NCBI GenBank assembly: GCA_902802945.1
Contig: CADCOC010000030.1
Span: forward strand, 2,533-66,532
Length of the DNA: 64,000 nt
From: an uncultured bacterium
GTDB lineage: Bacteria > Verrucomicrobiota > Kiritimatiellia > RFP12 > UBA1067
Reading direction: 5' to 3'
Positions 8,911-18,267 of this stretch are shown in pieces. The first letter of the stretch is position 1; each line of letters begins with the position of its first letter. The notes under the pieces are model-generated. The model saw only the letters and a list, made by a program, of their open reading frames with translations. It had not been told where the DNA came from and searched no databases. Both the position numbers and the translations under genes were made by a program.

Positions 8911-9993
8911 ATGAAAAGAAGCATCATCACTGCCATCGCCTGCATCTGGGCATTCGCGGCATTCGCTCGTGCAAGGGCGACAGTCAACGTGACGGCTTCG
9001 CTCAAAGACGGTTCTTCAATCAAAGGCGACTTCCTTACGAAAGGCATTACAGGCTCGACGCTTTTCGCACCGAACCTCGTGCTCGCCCCTTCCCTCGTAA
9101 AATCCGTCAATTTCACATCCACCAACGGTGAAGCGAAGGTTGAGCTGTCGAACGGCGACCGCTTTACAATGAAAATCGCGAACAACTCCTTTGCCGTGCG
9201 CTCGATGCTCGGCAACCTCAAGATTCCAAGCGCGAATTTCCGCACTCTGTCCCTTTCCGTACGCACTGCTACGGCCAAAGGCGGAGCGACGGGAGGTCTG
9301 ATATTCCACTGCACGTTCGACGACGCGGCGTCCATCACCTCGCCCGCCGTCGGCCCTGCAGGCACATTCATGACCGGCACGTTCGAAGACGGCAAGATCG
9401 GCAAGGCCCTGCTGGCGATGCCTTACAAGACGCACGCATCCTTCAACATCCCTGCCGGTTTTCTCAACGACGCCGGCTGCATCGAGTTCTGGGCGAAGAT
9501 AGTGAAGTCTTCTCCCCAAATAGGAGATGGGGGCGATCCCAGGCTCTTCGCCTTTACGTTTGCAGATACCCATACCCCTGCTTGCAAGATCGACCTTGTA
9601 TCAAATGACGGTGGCGGGAATTCGGGATTTGCAACGTGTTCATGGTTTGCCGGCATTGCCAACATTCGTGGAATGCGTGGACTCAACTATGGTGATTTGT
9701 TCACGCCGCAAAGCTGGAGGGATTGGCATCATTTCGCGCTCGTGTGGAATAAAGATGGAATCTCAGACATCCAAGACCACCCCTCTGTAGCTTTAATTGT
9801 TGACGGCAAGCAGATTCCCAATGTAGTATTTAATCCTTGCCCGGTGGAACTATTGAGGATGCCGTCCAAGACAGCATACGTTCTTAGTTTCACATACGAT
9901 CCAGTGTCTTCTCCCGCTCACAACACAAAATCTCCGTTCCTAATCGACGACTTCAAAATCTGGGACTACGCAAAGACCGACATGTTGAAATAA
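8911..9993 (+). CDS. Secreted LamG-like (Laminin_G_3 / ConA-like lectin fold) protein, paralogue 1
   Basis: 360 aa with a signal peptide and AAGGAG SD. The C-terminal half has the pattern IEFWAKI...WHHFALVWNKDG...LIVDGK...FLIDDFKIWDY. It is a paralogue of 12880-13950. Confidence 0.75.
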   Translation: MKRSIITAIACIWAFAAFARARATVNVTASLKDGSSIKGDFLTKGITGSTLFAPNLVLAPSLVKSVNFTSTNGEAKVELSNGDRFTMKIANNSFAVRSMLGNLKIPSANFRTLSLSVRTATAKGGATGGLIFHCTFDDAASITSPAVGPAGTFMTGTFEDGKIGKALLAMPYKTHASFNIPAGFLNDAGCIEFWAKIVKSSPQIGDGGDPRLFAFTFADTHTPACKIDLVSNDGGGNSGFATCSWFAGIANIRGMRGLNYGDLFTPQSWRDWHHFALVWNKDGISDIQDHPSVALIVDGKQIPNVVFNPCPVELLRMPSKTAYVLSFTYDPVSSPAHNTKSPFLIDDFKIWDYAKTDMLK

Positions 9994-10029
9994 GACCGGA
10001 TGTTATACCGTATCGAGGAATCGGCAACC

Positions 10030-10887
10030 ATGAAGAGCATACTTCTAACCGGCGGAACGGGATTTCTTGGAAGTGCTCTTCTGAGCGACGTCACCGTGCT
10101 CAAGCGCACCACCTCACGAACCGATCGCGTTGCCGACCTCCTCAGCCATGATGGAATCAGATGGATTGACCTTGACAAGACCGATCTGCCGGAACTGTTC
10201 ACCTCGCAACACTTCGACGTCATTCTGCATTGCGCCACGAACTACGGACGCGGCAAGCGGAGCATTCTCGACACGGCATCGGCCAACCTCCTGCTTCCTC
10301 TGACGTTGCTTCAGCTCGGCATCGAACACGGTGTCAAGACATTCATCAACACAGACACCGTAATCGACAAGCGTGTCAATGAGTACTCGCTCTCAAAAAA
10401 GCAGTTCCTCGAATGGCTCCAGAACGCAGCCGGAAAGATCCAGAGCGTGAACATCGCCTTGGAACACTTCTATGGGTCATTCGACGACGAAAGCAAATTC
10501 ACGACGATGATCTTTCACAAGTTGATGCGAGGGGAGCTGTCCATCGATTTGACCCCCGGCGATCAGAAAAGGCATTTCATCTACATCGACGATGTCGTGC
10601 GAGCGTTTCATTGCATTTTGGATAACCTCGATACGCTGCCATCCGGATTTACGCCCTTTGAAGTGTCAACGGAGCAAAGCATCTCGATACGGGAATTCGT
10701 ACTGCTGGCAAAGTCCATCACCGGCAACACGTCAACACAGCTCAACTTTGGCGCGATACCCTACCGCGCAAACGAGCTGATGGACAGCTGCACGAACATT
10801 TCTGCGCTGAAGGCGCTCGGCTGGCGTCCGGAAGTTTCCCTTGAAAATGGCATTCAACTAACAATCGAAAAGGAGCAAGAAAAATGA
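10030..10887 (+). CDS. rfbS: CDP-paratose synthase-like short-chain dehydrogenase (RfbS/Prt family)
   Basis: The N-terminus has the GGTGFLGS Rossmann motif. Blocks recalled from Salmonella RfbS align: LEHFYGSFDDESKFTTMIF, QKRHFIYIDDV, ISIREFV, RANELMDSCTNISALKALGWRP. I chose the start at ATG 10030 (MKSILLTGG). Confidence 0.7.
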   Translation: MKSILLTGGTGFLGSALLSDVTVLKRTTSRTDRVADLLSHDGIRWIDLDKTDLPELFTSQHFDVILHCATNYGRGKRSILDTASANLLLPLTLLQLGIEHGVKTFINTDTVIDKRVNEYSLSKKQFLEWLQNAAGKIQSVNIALEHFYGSFDDESKFTTMIFHKLMRGELSIDLTPGDQKRHFIYIDDVVRAFHCILDNLDTLPSGFTPFEVSTEQSISIREFVLLAKSITGNTSTQLNFGAIPYRANELMDSCTNISALKALGWRPEVSLENGIQLTIEKEQEK

Positions 10888-11900
10888 AGTTTCTCATAAA
10901 CGGCGGCTGCGGCTTCCTCGGATCGAACATCGCTTCCGAAGTACTCAGGAGAGGCGAAGAGCTGACCGTGTACGACAATCTCTCGCGCGTGGGGAGCGAC
11001 AAAAACCTGGCGTGGCTCCGCACATTCGGCGATTTCAACTTCATCCAGGCGAATACCGCCGACGCTGCGACGCTCGAGAACACGGTGCGTGATTTCAAGC
11101 CCGACGTAATCTTCCACCTCGCGGGACAGGTCGCGATGACGACCTCCATCGCAAATCCTCGACTCGACTTCGAAACAAACACACTCGGAGGCTTCAATGT
11201 CCTTGAGGCGGCGCGGAAGTACGCCCCAGAGGCAACAATCGCTTTCTCTTCCACCAACAAAGTCTATGGTGACTTCGAGCAATTCCACTTCGACGAAACG
11301 CCGACGCGATACGTGTGCAGGGAGCATCCGAACGGATTCGACGGGAGCATACCCCTTGACTCCCACTCGCCCTACGGATGTTCCAAGGGCGCTACCGACC
11401 AGTACATGCTCGACTATGCGCGTATCTTCCACCTAAACACGGTGGTATTCCGCCATTCGTCGATGTACGGAGCTCGGCAGTTCGGAACATTCGACCAAGG
11501 ATGGATCAGCTGGTTCGTGCAGAAGGCAATTGAGACGCGGAAGAATGCAAGCTCGACGTTCACTATTTCCGGTAACGGCAAGCAGGTGCGCGACGTTCTT
11601 CATGCCGAAGACATGATACGACTCTACTTTGCCGCTGTCGAGCACATCAAGGAGGCAAGAGGGCAGGTCTTCAACATCGGCGGCGGGATGCCGAACTCGC
11701 TCTCGCTCCTCGAGTTGTTCACATTCCTTGAATCCGAACTGAGTATCAAGATGAAATACTCAATTCTTCCCCCGCGTGAAAGTGACCAGAAGGTTTTCGT
11801 CGCCGACATCACAAAGGCCGAACGGATCCTCGGCTGGCATCCGCAGGTCTCGAAGGAAACCGGTATCCGCAAAATGATCGAATGGGTGGGAGAAGAATAA
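10884..11900 (+). CDS. rfbE: CDP-paratose 2-epimerase (tyvelose epimerase) family
   Basis: 338 aa. It is near-collinear with Salmonella RfbE as I remember it: INGGCGFLGSN, HLAGQVAMTTSI, SSTNKVYGD, HSPYGCSKGATDQYMLDYARIF, NTVVFRHSSMYGARQFGTFDQGW, FTISGNGKQVRDVLHAEDM, ESDQKVFVADI. It overlaps rfbS by 4 nt. Confidence 0.85.
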   Translation: MKFLINGGCGFLGSNIASEVLRRGEELTVYDNLSRVGSDKNLAWLRTFGDFNFIQANTADAATLENTVRDFKPDVIFHLAGQVAMTTSIANPRLDFETNTLGGFNVLEAARKYAPEATIAFSSTNKVYGDFEQFHFDETPTRYVCREHPNGFDGSIPLDSHSPYGCSKGATDQYMLDYARIFHLNTVVFRHSSMYGARQFGTFDQGWISWFVQKAIETRKNASSTFTISGNGKQVRDVLHAEDMIRLYFAAVEHIKEARGQVFNIGGGMPNSLSLLELFTFLESELSIKMKYSILPPRESDQKVFVADITKAERILGWHPQVSKETGIRKMIEWVGEE

Positions 11901-11902
11901 CC

Positions 11903-12883
11903 ATGTCAGTTGCTGACAAGCTTGGAATAGTCATAACCACCTACAATCGGGCAGAACACCTGAAGCGGACGCTTGCCACGCTTCTGGCTGACAATTCGCC
12001 GGTTAAGGATTGCCAAATAACCGTACAGAGCAACCACTCTTCCGATGAAACACCGAATGTGGTAAGGTCATTGCAGGTCGCCCACCCAAATCTCCTCTAC
12101 CGCGAGAATCCATACAACTTAGGTATCTCTGGAAACATCTGCAAAGCGATGGAGCTCGCAGACAAGGAATATCATTGGAACCTATGCGATGATGACCGTT
12201 TCGACTGGCAGGACTGGGGCGAGGTGGAGCACGAAATAAACAACAAGACGCCTGTGATCTGTGCCTCAAACTACATGATCCCTGAGAAATACAGAGAGAG
12301 GGTTGACTACCAACTGGGACAGATGGGTTTTGTCCCCGCCGTCATTATACGTACCGAACTCTACACAGACACGACAATCCGCAATTCCTTCGATAACATA
12401 TTCACGCTTTTCCCGCACCTGGTGCCGATCGTGTCGTTCCTCAACGCGGGAGGTAAGATACATGTCATCTCGCGCGAAGTCGTGACGAACGGAATGGAAC
12501 AGGGAACTGACTGCTCGTATCTGCGCGGGGCGCGTCCCGACATCATTTTTCATCGCAGTCGCACGATGACGTGGATGGTCGGGTATTCCAATATCCTCGC
12601 CAATCTTACGGACAGGAAATTAGCTCGACGGTGCTTCCACACGGTAATAGCTGGCGACCATTCGTTTCGTTCCGGCTACTATGCCTTCCTGTCCCAATGC
12701 CTGTTCTCCTTCAGAGGACGTGAGAACCGAATGCAACTGGAAGACCTGATGTCCCAATGTGGTTTCTTCCTTCGCATCGCCTTGTGGCTCGTCCGCCTCG
12801 TGCAGAACTCACCCCTCTACTTTCCACTAAAATACATTCGCGACTTTAAGTGCCGCCGAGCTAACAAAGGAAGCACCAAATGA
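11903..12883 (+). CDS. Family 2 glycosyltransferase
   Basis: The N-terminus reads LGIVITTYNRAEHLKRTL...SNHSSDET...DDD, a GT-A fold signature. The start ATG 11903 comes 2 nt after the rfbE stop. Confidence 0.7.
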   Translation: MSVADKLGIVITTYNRAEHLKRTLATLLADNSPVKDCQITVQSNHSSDETPNVVRSLQVAHPNLLYRENPYNLGISGNICKAMELADKEYHWNLCDDDRFDWQDWGEVEHEINNKTPVICASNYMIPEKYRERVDYQLGQMGFVPAVIIRTELYTDTTIRNSFDNIFTLFPHLVPIVSFLNAGGKIHVISREVVTNGMEQGTDCSYLRGARPDIIFHRSRTMTWMVGYSNILANLTDRKLARRCFHTVIAGDHSFRSGYYAFLSQCLFSFRGRENRMQLEDLMSQCGFFLRIALWLVRLVQNSPLYFPLKYIRDFKCRRANKGSTK

Positions 12884-13950
12884 AAAAATGCATCATCAAT
12901 ACCATCGCCTGCGTCTGTGCTTTGGCGGTATCCGCAAGTGCAGATGCAACTGTCAACGTGACGGCATCACTCAAGGACGGTTCCTCGGTCAGAGGTGACT
13001 TTCTCACGAAAGGTATAGCGGGCTCAACGCTCTTCGCGAAGAGTCTCGTGCTCGCCCCTGGCATTGTTAAGTCCGTCAACTTCGCATCCACGAACGGCGA
13101 AGCGAAGGTCGAGTTGTCCAACGGTGACCGATTCGCGATGACCGTCTCCAACGACGCCTTCGCCGTGCGCTCGATTCTGGGCAACCTCAAGATCCCTCGC
13201 GCGAGCTTACGCGCAATGTCGCTTTCCGCGCGCGCGGCGGCGGCCAAAGGCGGAGCGACGGGCGGCCTGATATTCCACTGTACGTTCGATGACGCAGCAT
13301 CCATCACCTCTCCCGCCGTCGGCCCTGCAGGCACATTCATGACGGGCACGTTCGAAGATGGCAAGATCGGCAGGGCGTTGCTGACAAAACCCTACACCAA
13401 CCATGCTGCATTTGAGTTCCCGCAAGGATTTCTCAAAGATTCGGGCTGCATAGAGTTCTGGGCAAAGATACTCAAACCGTCGCCGATGGTAGGAGGGGGA
13501 GGCGATCCTCGGCTTCTCGCAATAACACGTGCCGACAATCGTGATTTAGTTTTCAATGTTGACATAGTGTCAAATGACGGGGGCGGGAATTCCGGTTTTG
13601 CGTTGCGCATGTGGTATGGTGGTAATGCTAGTATAAGTGGCATGCGACCTCTTCGTTATGAGGAACTATTTCCGACGGGGAATTGGAGAGATTGGCATCA
13701 TTATGCGATACTCTGGGACAAAGAAGGAATCTCCGACTTGCCTGGTTCGCCAAAGACCGCCTTGCTTGTCGACGGTAAGTTGACTATAGGCGCTGGATTT
13801 GGCACCGCTCACAATCTACCGTCAAAGAAACCGCATGTTCTTGGAATTACGTGCGATCCGGCGCTTTCTCCCGAAAGCAACACGAAGTCCCCATTCCTCA
13901 TCGACGACATCAAGATCTGGGACTACGCCAAGAGAGACATAATGCCATAA
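12880..13950 (+). CDS. Secreted LamG-like protein, paralogue 2
   Basis: 356 aa with a signal peptide. Its ATG overlaps the GT2 stop (ATGA). It shares an identical 43-aa block with 8911-9993. Confidence 0.75.
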   Translation: MKKCIINTIACVCALAVSASADATVNVTASLKDGSSVRGDFLTKGIAGSTLFAKSLVLAPGIVKSVNFASTNGEAKVELSNGDRFAMTVSNDAFAVRSILGNLKIPRASLRAMSLSARAAAAKGGATGGLIFHCTFDDAASITSPAVGPAGTFMTGTFEDGKIGRALLTKPYTNHAAFEFPQGFLKDSGCIEFWAKILKPSPMVGGGGDPRLLAITRADNRDLVFNVDIVSNDGGGNSGFALRMWYGGNASISGMRPLRYEELFPTGNWRDWHHYAILWDKEGISDLPGSPKTALLVDGKLTIGAGFGTAHNLPSKKPHVLGITCDPALSPESNTKSPFLIDDIKIWDYAKRDIMP

Positions 13951-14032
13951 ACATGACCATTTATTTCCTAAGGCCATTTGCGTTTGGATATAGTTGGTGG
14001 GGTGTTCTAGCGCCATCCCGGAGTACATGGTT

Positions 14033-14221
14033 TTAAGTCGAAACATTCCGGAGTGAATGTCGCCTGTCCCTTATCCTCTTGAACATGGCCTCGCCATCCT
14101 CGCGTTCCGGATGGCTGCGGCAATACTCATCCGTCTCGTCAAGTAGACGCTCCAGCGGATCAGATAGACGTTCATACGCCTCAATCGTCATCGTGACGGG
14201 CCTATTCTTGATTGCTGCCAT
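14033..14221 (-). CDS. Small protein with a Phd/YefM-antitoxin-like core (possibly a truncated orphan)
   Basis: 62 aa with AAGGAG 8 nt upstream. The segment IKNRPVTMTIEAYERL resembles the antitoxin beta-strand/helix core. No convincing toxin ORF follows. Confidence 0.35.
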   Translation of the reverse strand: MAAIKNRPVTMTIEAYERLSDPLERLLDETDEYCRSHPEREDGEAMFKRIRDRRHSLRNVST

Positions 14222-14265
14222 TCTTATGTCTCCTTACGGCAAAATCCATACCTCACCCGTGCGCA

Positions 14266-15336
14266 TCAACGAACCTCTGAAATTGTTGTTCGCCTAAATC
14301 CCAACCCTTCCGCAAGAGTGGTGAAATAGTGGTCGGTTGAGAAGAAGTCGAGTTTCGGCGAGTGCATGAAGTCGTCTATTGCCGTCATGTACTCGGCATG
14401 TCGTTCGGGCGTCATGTTCACAATGAAATCCTGCATCTCGCGGAAGTCCTTGAACCGTCTCGCATTGATCCAGCAATCCTGCGGAATCAGTTCCTCTACG
14501 CCTGGCGAACCATAGTAAATCGGCACGCAGCGCGCGCAGAAGCAATCGGTGATTTTCTCGCTCACGTATCCCGGCTGGTTTGCGTTGTTCTCGTAGCAAA
14601 GCGCAAACTTGTAATGCGCCATGCGGGAGACCTTCGCCTCAAAAGACGCGGGGATCTCGCCGCGATAGCATGAGAAGCGATGGAATCCAAACAACTTCTC
14701 GAACGACGTCACCGGCTTGTTCCATCCCTGTCCATATAGGTCGAATTCGTCTTTGCAGTTCGCTTCGAAATACCTGTACGCCGCCTTACGCAGCCGATAG
14801 GTTGACTGCGGCATATAAGCCCACCTGTTACGGCTGACGGCAATCAGCAGCTTCTTCTCGTCGAAGGAGATTCCCTGAAAGCGGTTGTTCCTGTAGGATG
14901 ACGGCTCTGCCCCGACAGGTACGTTCACGGGCTTGTAGTGCGGATATTTTGAAAGTAGTCTTCTGTCCCAGGTGAAGATGGTCGAAAACCGGTTTCTGTA
15001 TCTGGAAATGTAGTAGAGCGAGGGATTGATGTTCGCCGGCTCGATGATCATCAGCGCACGCTTCTCGAATGGTATGCGTTGCAGCAAGATGTCTTTCCGT
15101 GCATACTTCCAGTTGTAGTCGAAATAGAGTACGGCCTTTACGTCGTCCGAGGCGACATCGACGCAATCGTACGTGTGGACCTCAACATCGTAACGTTCCT
15201 CCATCCATCGTTTGAAATTCTGGACGAAGCACGCCACTGGCTCCGAACGCCGCTCGTCACGAAACGCGGCGTCGTTGTAATCACACGGCGAGAAGTAGTA
15301 GTTGATTGCAAGAATGGGTTTTGTCTGCGTGCTCAT
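14266..15336 (-). CDS. GT10 alpha-1,3/4-fucosyltransferase
   Basis: The motif ALCYENNANQPGYVSEKITDCFCARCVPIYYGSPGVEEL matches the FucT signature (FENS..GYVTEK..D....IPIYWG). I chose the start at ATG 15336 (MSTQTKP), which overlaps the upstream stop as ATGA. The longer track ORF (to 15603) would overlap the upstream GT2. Confidence 0.8.
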   Translation of the reverse strand: MSTQTKPILAINYYFSPCDYNDAAFRDERRSEPVACFVQNFKRWMEERYDVEVHTYDCVDVASDDVKAVLYFDYNWKYARKDILLQRIPFEKRALMIIEPANINPSLYYISRYRNRFSTIFTWDRRLLSKYPHYKPVNVPVGAEPSSYRNNRFQGISFDEKKLLIAVSRNRWAYMPQSTYRLRKAAYRYFEANCKDEFDLYGQGWNKPVTSFEKLFGFHRFSCYRGEIPASFEAKVSRMAHYKFALCYENNANQPGYVSEKITDCFCARCVPIYYGSPGVEELIPQDCWINARRFKDFREMQDFIVNMTPERHAEYMTAIDDFMHSPKLDFFSTDHYFTTLAEGLGFRRTTISEVR

Positions 15337-16103
15337 TTTCGCCTCCTGCACCAATGCCAAATCCTTGATGCGTATTCGATGGGCAGATTGCAGGCGTTCC
15401 ATATCGCACGGCGGCGGAAGCGCGGCAAATTGAAGCGCTTGGCGAGAAACCACATGTAGATTGCCTGTTTGACGCAAAGGCACGACGGATACTTCGCGAA
15501 CTCCGCGCGTACTGGTCGCGTCTCGACGAAGCGCGGCATGACACCAATCTTGCGGCCCGCCATGTTCGCCATGATTCCAAACATGTGCGCATACTGCACC
15601 CACAACTTCTCCACGGCAAGATCCATGTCAAACAGCTCACGCTTGAATATGTTGGCGCTGATCAGCGTATGTGCCAGTGCAAGTTCATCTCCCATGTCCT
15701 TGAGCATTACACCGTAGCTGTCATACAGACGCGTATCGGCATCGCAATCAACCGAGATAAGAAGCGCAGGATTGTGCTGCCGCAGGAAATCGAGAACTCT
15801 GCCAACCGCCCCCGCTGGCATGATATCGTCATCGCCAAAGAGCCACACGTACTCCCCTTTCGCCTCCGCAACGCATTTCAGGAAGTTCCTGTCGCCCCCG
15901 ATGTTCGTCTCATTCGTCCACCACCTCAAACGTTGATTCGATAACGATCGCAGATAGTCCGCCGTGTCGTCAGTGGAAGCATTGTCGCTCACCACCACTT
16001 CCACTTCGGCGCGACCGGAGTCAACCTGCCCGAGAATCGCCGGCAGCAATTCCTTCAGAAACGATAGCCTGTTGTAGGTTGGTATGCAGATGGAAAGTGT
16101 CAT
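15333..16103 (-). CDS. Family 2 glycosyltransferase
   Basis: MTLSICIPTYNRLSFL...VVVSDNASTDDT...LFGDDD. The start ATG 16103 overlaps the upstream stop (ATGA). Confidence 0.75.
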   Translation of the reverse strand: MTLSICIPTYNRLSFLKELLPAILGQVDSGRAEVEVVVSDNASTDDTADYLRSLSNQRLRWWTNETNIGGDRNFLKCVAEAKGEYVWLFGDDDIMPAGAVGRVLDFLRQHNPALLISVDCDADTRLYDSYGVMLKDMGDELALAHTLISANIFKRELFDMDLAVEKLWVQYAHMFGIMANMAGRKIGVMPRFVETRPVRAEFAKYPSCLCVKQAIYMWFLAKRFNLPRFRRRAIWNACNLPIEYASRIWHWCRRRK

Positions 16104-17131
16104 TTCTTTTCGTCCGCATACGGTGTGAACATGCCCTGGAAGAACCAGAATGTCTCGTAGTAGATCATGAACCACGTTGCGGGCAACACCAGCAGAATCC
16201 GTGGGTCAAGCAACGTCTCGCGATAGCGGTACATCTTGCGGCTGACAAAAAGCGAAAACAACAGCTGAAGGCCAACGGCTGCGCCTACTGCGGCAAGGCC
16301 CCAACGGCAAAGCCCAAACGCAAACGGAATACAAGCCACGAACGGGAGCACCGCAAGGAATGGCCGTATAAAAAAGTACAGATTCGAGAATTCCACCAAT
16401 CCTCGTTGCCACCGCAGCTGCTTGCCGTATGTTCGCGCAAGCAGGGAGCGCGTACCAAGATAGGAGCGGAATCCGAAGCCCGGCGAAAACGAATGGAGAT
16501 GGACGACTCTCGCCTCCGTAAAAAGCTGCTTCCCGAACTTCGAGAAACGCACCTGGGCGTCGTTGTCCTCTCCGCCATAGCCGCACGTGGAGGTAAAACG
16601 TTTTTCATTGAACCCGCCAGCTTTCAAATAGAGATCGCGCCACACGGCATCGAACATCGCGCACCGCATGTGCCCCACCCGTTCCACCGCGCTCGCGAAC
16701 AGAAACTTCTGCCAGAACGGGAACTTGCGCCAAACCTCCCGCGGCATAAGCTGGATCGGATAGGCCGCAGACGCAGACGGATCCGAAACGAGCGGCGTAA
16801 TCAATTTCCGCAGCTCGCCTGAAGAAGGTATCATGCAGTCCGAATGACACAGCACGATGATGTCGCACGTTGCCATCTGCGCGCCTTTGTTGTACGCGCT
16901 TGAAAGCGTGCCGCCCTCTCCACCGTCGATTATGCGGATGGGCACTTTTGAAGAAGCCGCCACCTCGCCCGCGATTTCACGCGAATCATCGGTCGAACGG
17001 TTGTCGAAACAAAGGATCTCGCCGATCGGGTAGTCCTGTCCCGCAAGGCTTTCGAGGCAACTGCGTAGCGTCGAAGAGGAATTCCTTCCGCTGACGATGA
17101 TTGTGACCGGTATCTCTTTCAGTTCGGCCAT
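16100..17131 (-). CDS. Membrane-embedded family 2 glycosyltransferase (GT-A domain plus C-terminal transmembrane helices)
   Basis: VTIIVSGRNSSSTL...CFDNRSTDDS. The C-terminal hydrophobic segments include FFIRPFLAVLPFVACIPFAFGL and AAVGAAVGLQLLFSLF. Confidence 0.7.
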   Translation of the reverse strand: MAELKEIPVTIIVSGRNSSSTLRSCLESLAGQDYPIGEILCFDNRSTDDSREIAGEVAASSKVPIRIIDGGEGGTLSSAYNKGAQMATCDIIVLCHSDCMIPSSGELRKLITPLVSDPSASAAYPIQLMPREVWRKFPFWQKFLFASAVERVGHMRCAMFDAVWRDLYLKAGGFNEKRFTSTCGYGGEDNDAQVRFSKFGKQLFTEARVVHLHSFSPGFGFRSYLGTRSLLARTYGKQLRWQRGLVEFSNLYFFIRPFLAVLPFVACIPFAFGLCRWGLAAVGAAVGLQLLFSLFVSRKMYRYRETLLDPRILLVLPATWFMIYYETFWFFQGMFTPYADEKK

Positions 17132-18267
17132 AAGCCCTCCACCGGCCTGAACGCCTCGGCATAAAGACGTGTGTATTCAAAATGCTCGTTGAATTGGCGA
17201 ACGCCTTTGCCGTAGGTCGGATAATCTTCCGCGATCTTTCGCACGGCCTCGCCCACGCCCTCCATGCCATCTACGACCTCACCGGCACGGAACTTCTCGA
17301 TAAACGGCACAACCTCCGAGATGCGCGTCATCACGACTGGAAGATTCATCTCGATATACGCCTTCACCTTCCCCGGGTCCGCGTAGTGCGTAAAGTTCTC
17401 CTCTCCGAGCGAATACAGCGCCAGCCCCGCGAGCGACTTACCGGCAATTTCAAGCAGTTCCTCCTGCGAATGGAACCGGTTCGGGAAATAGACCCGCTCG
17501 GAAAGTTTTCTTTCGGCGATCATCTTCTCGACCGTCTTTTCATACCCATTCGCCGCAACGCCGACGAGGGCGAGTGAATAGTCGTGGTGACTCGCAAGAA
17601 AATCGAGCACGTTCTCGATTCCCTGTCCGTCCCTTACAAGTCCCACGAACAGAAGCTGCTTTGAAGTCGCCATTGCCGTCTCACAGCCCGGCATCATGAA
17701 CCGGCGCATTCCCCACATCAGCGTCTTGTGTCCCGGTTCATCGCGCACCTTCCCACGATTCATCTTGCGGTTGATGGCGTCCGAGAGGTAGTAGGTGAAC
17801 GGTATGCGATTGTGGTAGAAGCGCTTCAACCATTCGAACGCCCTGATCACAAAACTCTTATTCGGGAAATAGTCGCCAATCCAGTACAAGTACGACAACC
17901 TGCGAAGCATCTTCATCAAGGCCATGCCGAAGAAGCACACGGGGTGTCCGCCAACGACAAGGGTCTTGCTCTTAGATCCCTTCGCGAACTTAAGTATCTC
18001 GGTGGTGTTGTGCCAGAACCACAGCCAGTAGTAGAGGAAAATATTCTGCGACGACCGCAAGGCGCGCTCTTCCACCAGCTTGCCTTCCTCGTATCGCCTG
18101 ATAATCTGCTTCTGTTCACCGAAGCGCGGCAGAACGTACATCAGACACAACCGCCGCGTGTTCGCAATGAGATATTCGTCGATATGCCCGCAGAACTGGA
18201 GCGACGCCAGCGCGAACACCGATTCGTATCTGAATGTCAGGATGCCGTTTCCCACAGAAACCCTCAC
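17119..18267 (-). CDS. GT-B (GT4/GT1-like) glycosyltransferase
   Basis: The C-terminal half has [17 protein letters not shown]...[10 protein letters not shown]...[15 protein letters not shown]. The start is uncertain. GTG 18267 would overlap the fcl stop as GTGA, matching the neighbouring overlaps. ATG 18141 is the alternative. Confidence 0.6.
   Translation of the reverse strand: MRVSVGNGILTFRYESVFALASLQFCGHIDEYLIANTRRLCLMYVLPRFGEQKQIIRRYEEGKLVEERALRSSQNIFLYYWLWFWHNTTEILKFAKGSKSKTLVVGGHPVCFFGMALMKMLRRLSYLYWIGDYFPNKSFVIRAFEWLKRFYHNRIPFTYYLSDAINRKMNRGKVRDEPGHKTLMWGMRRFMMPGCETAMATSKQLLFVGLVRDGQGIENVLDFLASHHDYSLALVGVAANGYEKTVEKMIAERKLSERVYFPNRFHSQEELLEIAGKSLAGLALYSLGEENFTHYADPGKVKAYIEMNLPVVMTRISEVVPFIEKFRAGEVVDGMEGVGEAVRKIAEDYPTYGKGVRQFNEHFEYTRLYAEAFRPVEGLWPN

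Noticed and set aside
8895-9404. 169-aa minus-strand ORF and its twin at 12861-13364
   Set aside because: They are antisense images of the two LamG paralogues. Their similarity to each other simply reflects the duplication on the plus strand.
13822-14046. 74-aa minus-strand ORF directly after the Phd-like mini-ORF, considered as its cognate toxin
   Set aside because: Two thirds of it runs antisense through the 3-prime end of the LamG gene. I see no RelE, ParE, YoeB or Doc-like motifs. It is at most a destroyed remnant.
15337-15603. N-terminal 89-codon extension of the fucosyltransferase ORF. Similar extensions occur for 16104-16175, 18268-18549, 29191-29220, 43686-43766, 45150-45227, 50014-50097, 52664-52816 and 53475-53570.
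   Set aside because: The extensions overlap the upstream genes or a terminator and lack homology-like sequence. Internal ATG or GTG codons with SD sites or ATGA/GTGA overlaps give N-termini typical of the families.
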